A stretch of 63,614 nucleotides of DNA, the filler included, from Choristocarpus tenellus KU-1152 (taxonomy: Eukaryota > Protista > Phaeophyceae): assembly GCA_964200185.2 (NCBI GenBank). It is 10 parts of 10 records of this genome, joined end to end, with 100 filler letters (N's around TTAATTAATTAA, not from the genome) between each part and the next. Parts side by side here need not be neighbours in the genome. Positions count along the whole stretch, not along the records: positions 60,391 to 63,614 come from CAXNAD020021425.1; 9 more parts are not named here. One strand, given 5' to 3'. Positions within the stretch are counted from its first letter, which is position 1, and each line of letters opens with the position of its first letter. Made by a program: the position numbers and the translations under genes. The notes below the pieces were generated by a model that ran no database searches, was not told the DNA's origin, and saw only the letters and a list, made by a program, of their open reading frames with translations. Shown piece after piece: positions 60,605 through 63,614 of this stretch.

Positions 60605-63320
60605 GTATTCATGCCCAAAGTGCTCCATCACGCATATGGGCAAATGTGCCTACGCAGAGATTATAGACGACGAGAGGCACAAGGATCGATTATGTATCAA
60701 TTGCCCCATGGCACAGGAGGGCAGTGAAGGGTCTGGATCGGTGGGGAACGAAGCGGCGGGTCGGGGCAGGGGCAAGGGCAGGGGCAAGGGCAAGGGTAAG
60801 GAGCGCGGACGGGTCAGCCACGACGCAAAGCCTTTTACGTCCCCCCTCAAGCAGCGAAATGGCCGACATGGAGAAGTGCATGTGGGTCTCGGCGTGGTTG
60901 CACATTATACAGACACACTAGTCGTCTCTGCGTGTTAGTTTTCGCGTTGGTTTGCACATAGGTCTTGACTGCTTGTACATTATGTGGATTGCTCGTCCTT
61001 TGTACCTTGGGTGTGTCGCTTTTTGGAGGTTTCCATGGGCCATGGAACTTAGTGTTTTGACGTCTACCCTCCTTCCACGAGATGCATCTGATGAGTCTGA
61101 CATTTTGGAGATGCCATGGAAATATTGTCAGGACCTCACTTAATGAAAAGATTGCCTGCACCGTAGCTTCCTATGCTATCCTTCTTGTCGTGCTGTCTGT
61201 CGACTGTGTCGTGTGTCATGATGTCCAAGCAGGAGTGAGAACACTGCACTACACGACCTTCGCCCTCTCGACCCTGCGGTACCCTTAGACGACCTTAGTG
61301 ATTTCGCCTTCACAGTGTCCATTGCCGCCGAGCCAAGACTCCTCATCAACGAAGAGGCGACTAACACACACCTGCGCGAGGTGCTTCAGTGCTTGCGGCA
61401 TAAGATGCATCGTCAGGGCACCATCGCGCTCATTGTGCCCCACCTGTGGATGGCGCAATTACACCGCCTAAGCGGTGAGTTGCAGAGTTCGAAAGAGCTG
61501 GAATACGGGGTATATTGCGGGAGACTGATGCGATCCGCCATGGCCGTTATCATTCCGTCCGTGTGCCGATCGAATATTGTGCGACCGTTCAAGAGATGCG
61601 GATTAGGTCGTGTGTATTCCTTTTTCACTTTCCCCATGTTGTTTCATGTCCTTCGTACCTTCTACTTCCTTTTGTGTCGCTTGCTCTTTCCCCCGGGTCC
61701 TTCCTAGTTCTTTGTTTCATTGTCCGCGAATCGCATACTGGTGCTACTCGTCTTCACTACATTATTTTTGCCATATTTGCTTCTATTATTACTTAATTTC
61801 CTATTGTTTGCATTTTTTGCATTGGTTATTTGCCTTGCGTTCCACACTCATTGTACTATTGTAATGTTAGTGGTATGAGATTTCATTAATCCCTACGATA
61901 ACTGCTTGTGTGATGTCACTGTCAAGTTTGACGCATGCCGGACTCACGCGCTCGCTCCCGCCTTCTATTCATTCAGAGGCTCTTATGGCGTCGAAGGTGG
62001 GCTTGGTTGTGAAGGATCATCCCCTAACCCTAATATACAAGACGAGGGGGGGGCGCCCTCAATTAGACACAGATAACCATCTCAGATGTTGTCAGGACAT
62101 TATTATTATCGCACACAACGATGGGACAACGTTCACATGCAATAAGCGAGTCACCGTCGACGACATCTTTGGCCACAGGTGTGATGCATCTCCTCCGGTA
62201 CTCCAAACCATATTGAACGTCGAGTACGAAGGTGCTGCAACGGACATCCCAATGAGGGCCCTCTACTTCCTCGTTAACAGGTTCGTTAATAACGTCACAC
62301 ACATCCTTCTTCACAGAAGCAGCGATTATTTTTTGTATGGGTGTAGGAGATCGTTAAATAGTAACAGAACGAGCTGGGTGACAGTTCAGGGGCGTCAATC
62401 CATCCCACGAGTTTGTTTCCCGAATCGGTACGTTAAGCGTCAAAACGCACCAAGAATGTGTTGCCTTGTATCTGAACGTTACTCATACATTGCAACATGA
62501 TGAATCCGTGCGCAATACAATATACTCCATAGGGATAATTGACGCACTGCCCCCCTATGATAGGTACATGAATGCTGGGGACACCGTCATCTCCTACAGC
62601 GCAGAGAGGCATAATGTGGTGGAGGCGGACCTTGAACGGAGCAGGAGGGTGGAGGTGTTCGTGTCCAATGCGGCGTCAAAGGACGAGGTGAAAGAGAAGA
62701 TGGACACGTCCTTCGGCCAAGCCTACAAGGACGGCAAGTGGAAGGTAAGAAGGGTGTGCGGGCTTTTTTTTTCCATTGCTTTCCAACTTGTTGTCTGTCT
62801 GCTTTCCCTATGGATAGGTCTCGGGCGTGCAATTGTTCTAGTGGTTTTTCCTTGTAGATGTTTACACATTGCTAACAGGGTGCACACAGTTACCCACCCC
62901 ACCGCTGGAAATCGCGAGTCCCCAAGACTTTGGTGTGATCATCGGTACGTCGTAATGTCCTCCTTCCCCACAAGAACAAAAAACAAACGTACTGCAGTAC
63001 ACCACAACATCTTTAACCAACGCCGGAATAACCCATACTTATATGACAAAACCTTATCGCATGGCTAACCAACTTCACTGCCACATTGTTGGGCTGTCAC
63101 ATGTACGCACATGATGTTCCAGGTATCCACGTCTCTTGTTCAAGAACGCGTGATAGACCCTTCCTGCCTGCCGGAAGCCTTGGGGTTGACCCTCGTCCCA
63201 ACGGAGACGCAGCGATGTTTTGCTGAGGCCATCAATCCTCAGGGAAAGGCAATGGGACGCGATGAGGCGACCATTTTCGTTGCGAAGACGGTGGCGACGG
63301 ACTTCGGCTACCAGATCGAG
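60605..63320 (+). CDS. Uncharacterised multi-exon gene (possibly a pseudogene): Cys/His zinc finger + RG/GK low-complexity tract + degenerate beta-class N6A/N4C DNA-methyltransferase-like domain; exons 60605-60795, 61233-61474, 61977-62280, 62564-62744, 63123-63320
   Basis: GC-rich exons with GT-AG borders, and the last four join in phase. Exon 1 reads YSCPKCSITHMGKC...LCINC. Later exons read LREVLQCLRHKMHRQGTIALIVP, HPLTLIYKTRGG...LRCCQDIIIIAH and IPMRALYFLVNRYMNAGDTVISYSAERHNVVEADLERSRRVEVF. The exon 1/2 join needs either a frameshift near 61283 or an unidentified exon. Confidence 0.6.
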
Positions 63321-63614
63321 GTGAATGTGGTATAGAATGCGCTACGTATTTTGTGAAGATCGAACGGCAGAGTTTAGTTACCGGCATGCAGAAAAGACTA
63401 TTTTTTTTATTCCCGAGTCCTAACGTACCTAATGCGGCACCCAAATATGTCGCATAGAAAACTATGGGCCTTACAGGTAAGTATTGCATCGGTAGTGTGT
63501 TCAACGTTTTGCCACAATAAGGTTGCCGTTTTTGCACCACCTTCTTCGGACGATATTATCTCCAAATCACGAACATTCATGAATCGCCATACTCTGCCCC
63601 CCCCCCCAACACCC

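Overview
Eukaryotic, intron-rich nuclear DNA. It is most likely a flagellated stramenopile such as a brown alga; this is an inference from the exon/intron style, TTAGGG repeats, CFAP65 and the TE types. The window is not one locus. It consists of ten short contigs joined by nine identical artificial 100-bp linkers (N44-TTAATTAATTAA-N44), so gene order across linkers means nothing. I rebuilt the spliced genes by hand from splice signals and reading-frame phase; all are partial. They are: CCT7/TCP-1 eta (+); exosome subunit MTR3/RRP41-like (-); a PWWP-domain gene (-) head-to-head with cytochrome b5 (+); a 17-exon, ~1,870-codon fragment of an RNF213/mysterin-like giant AAA+ protein (-); CFAP65 (+); one MFS-transporter exon (-); and a zinc-finger gene fused to what looks like a catalytically dead beta-class N6A/N4C DNA-methyltransferase fold (+). 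The last is the best novelty candidate. Mobile DNA: a ~260-bp MITE family with GAG...CTC ends and 3-bp TSDs of variable sequence (5 complete copies, 3 partial), a shorter sister MITE, a foldback element, a ~1.95-kb non-autonomous LTR element carrying an ~80-bp-stem hairpin, and Gypsy, Copia, RTE-LINE and DD39D-mariner remnants. All family assignments come from motif recognition; no database search was run.
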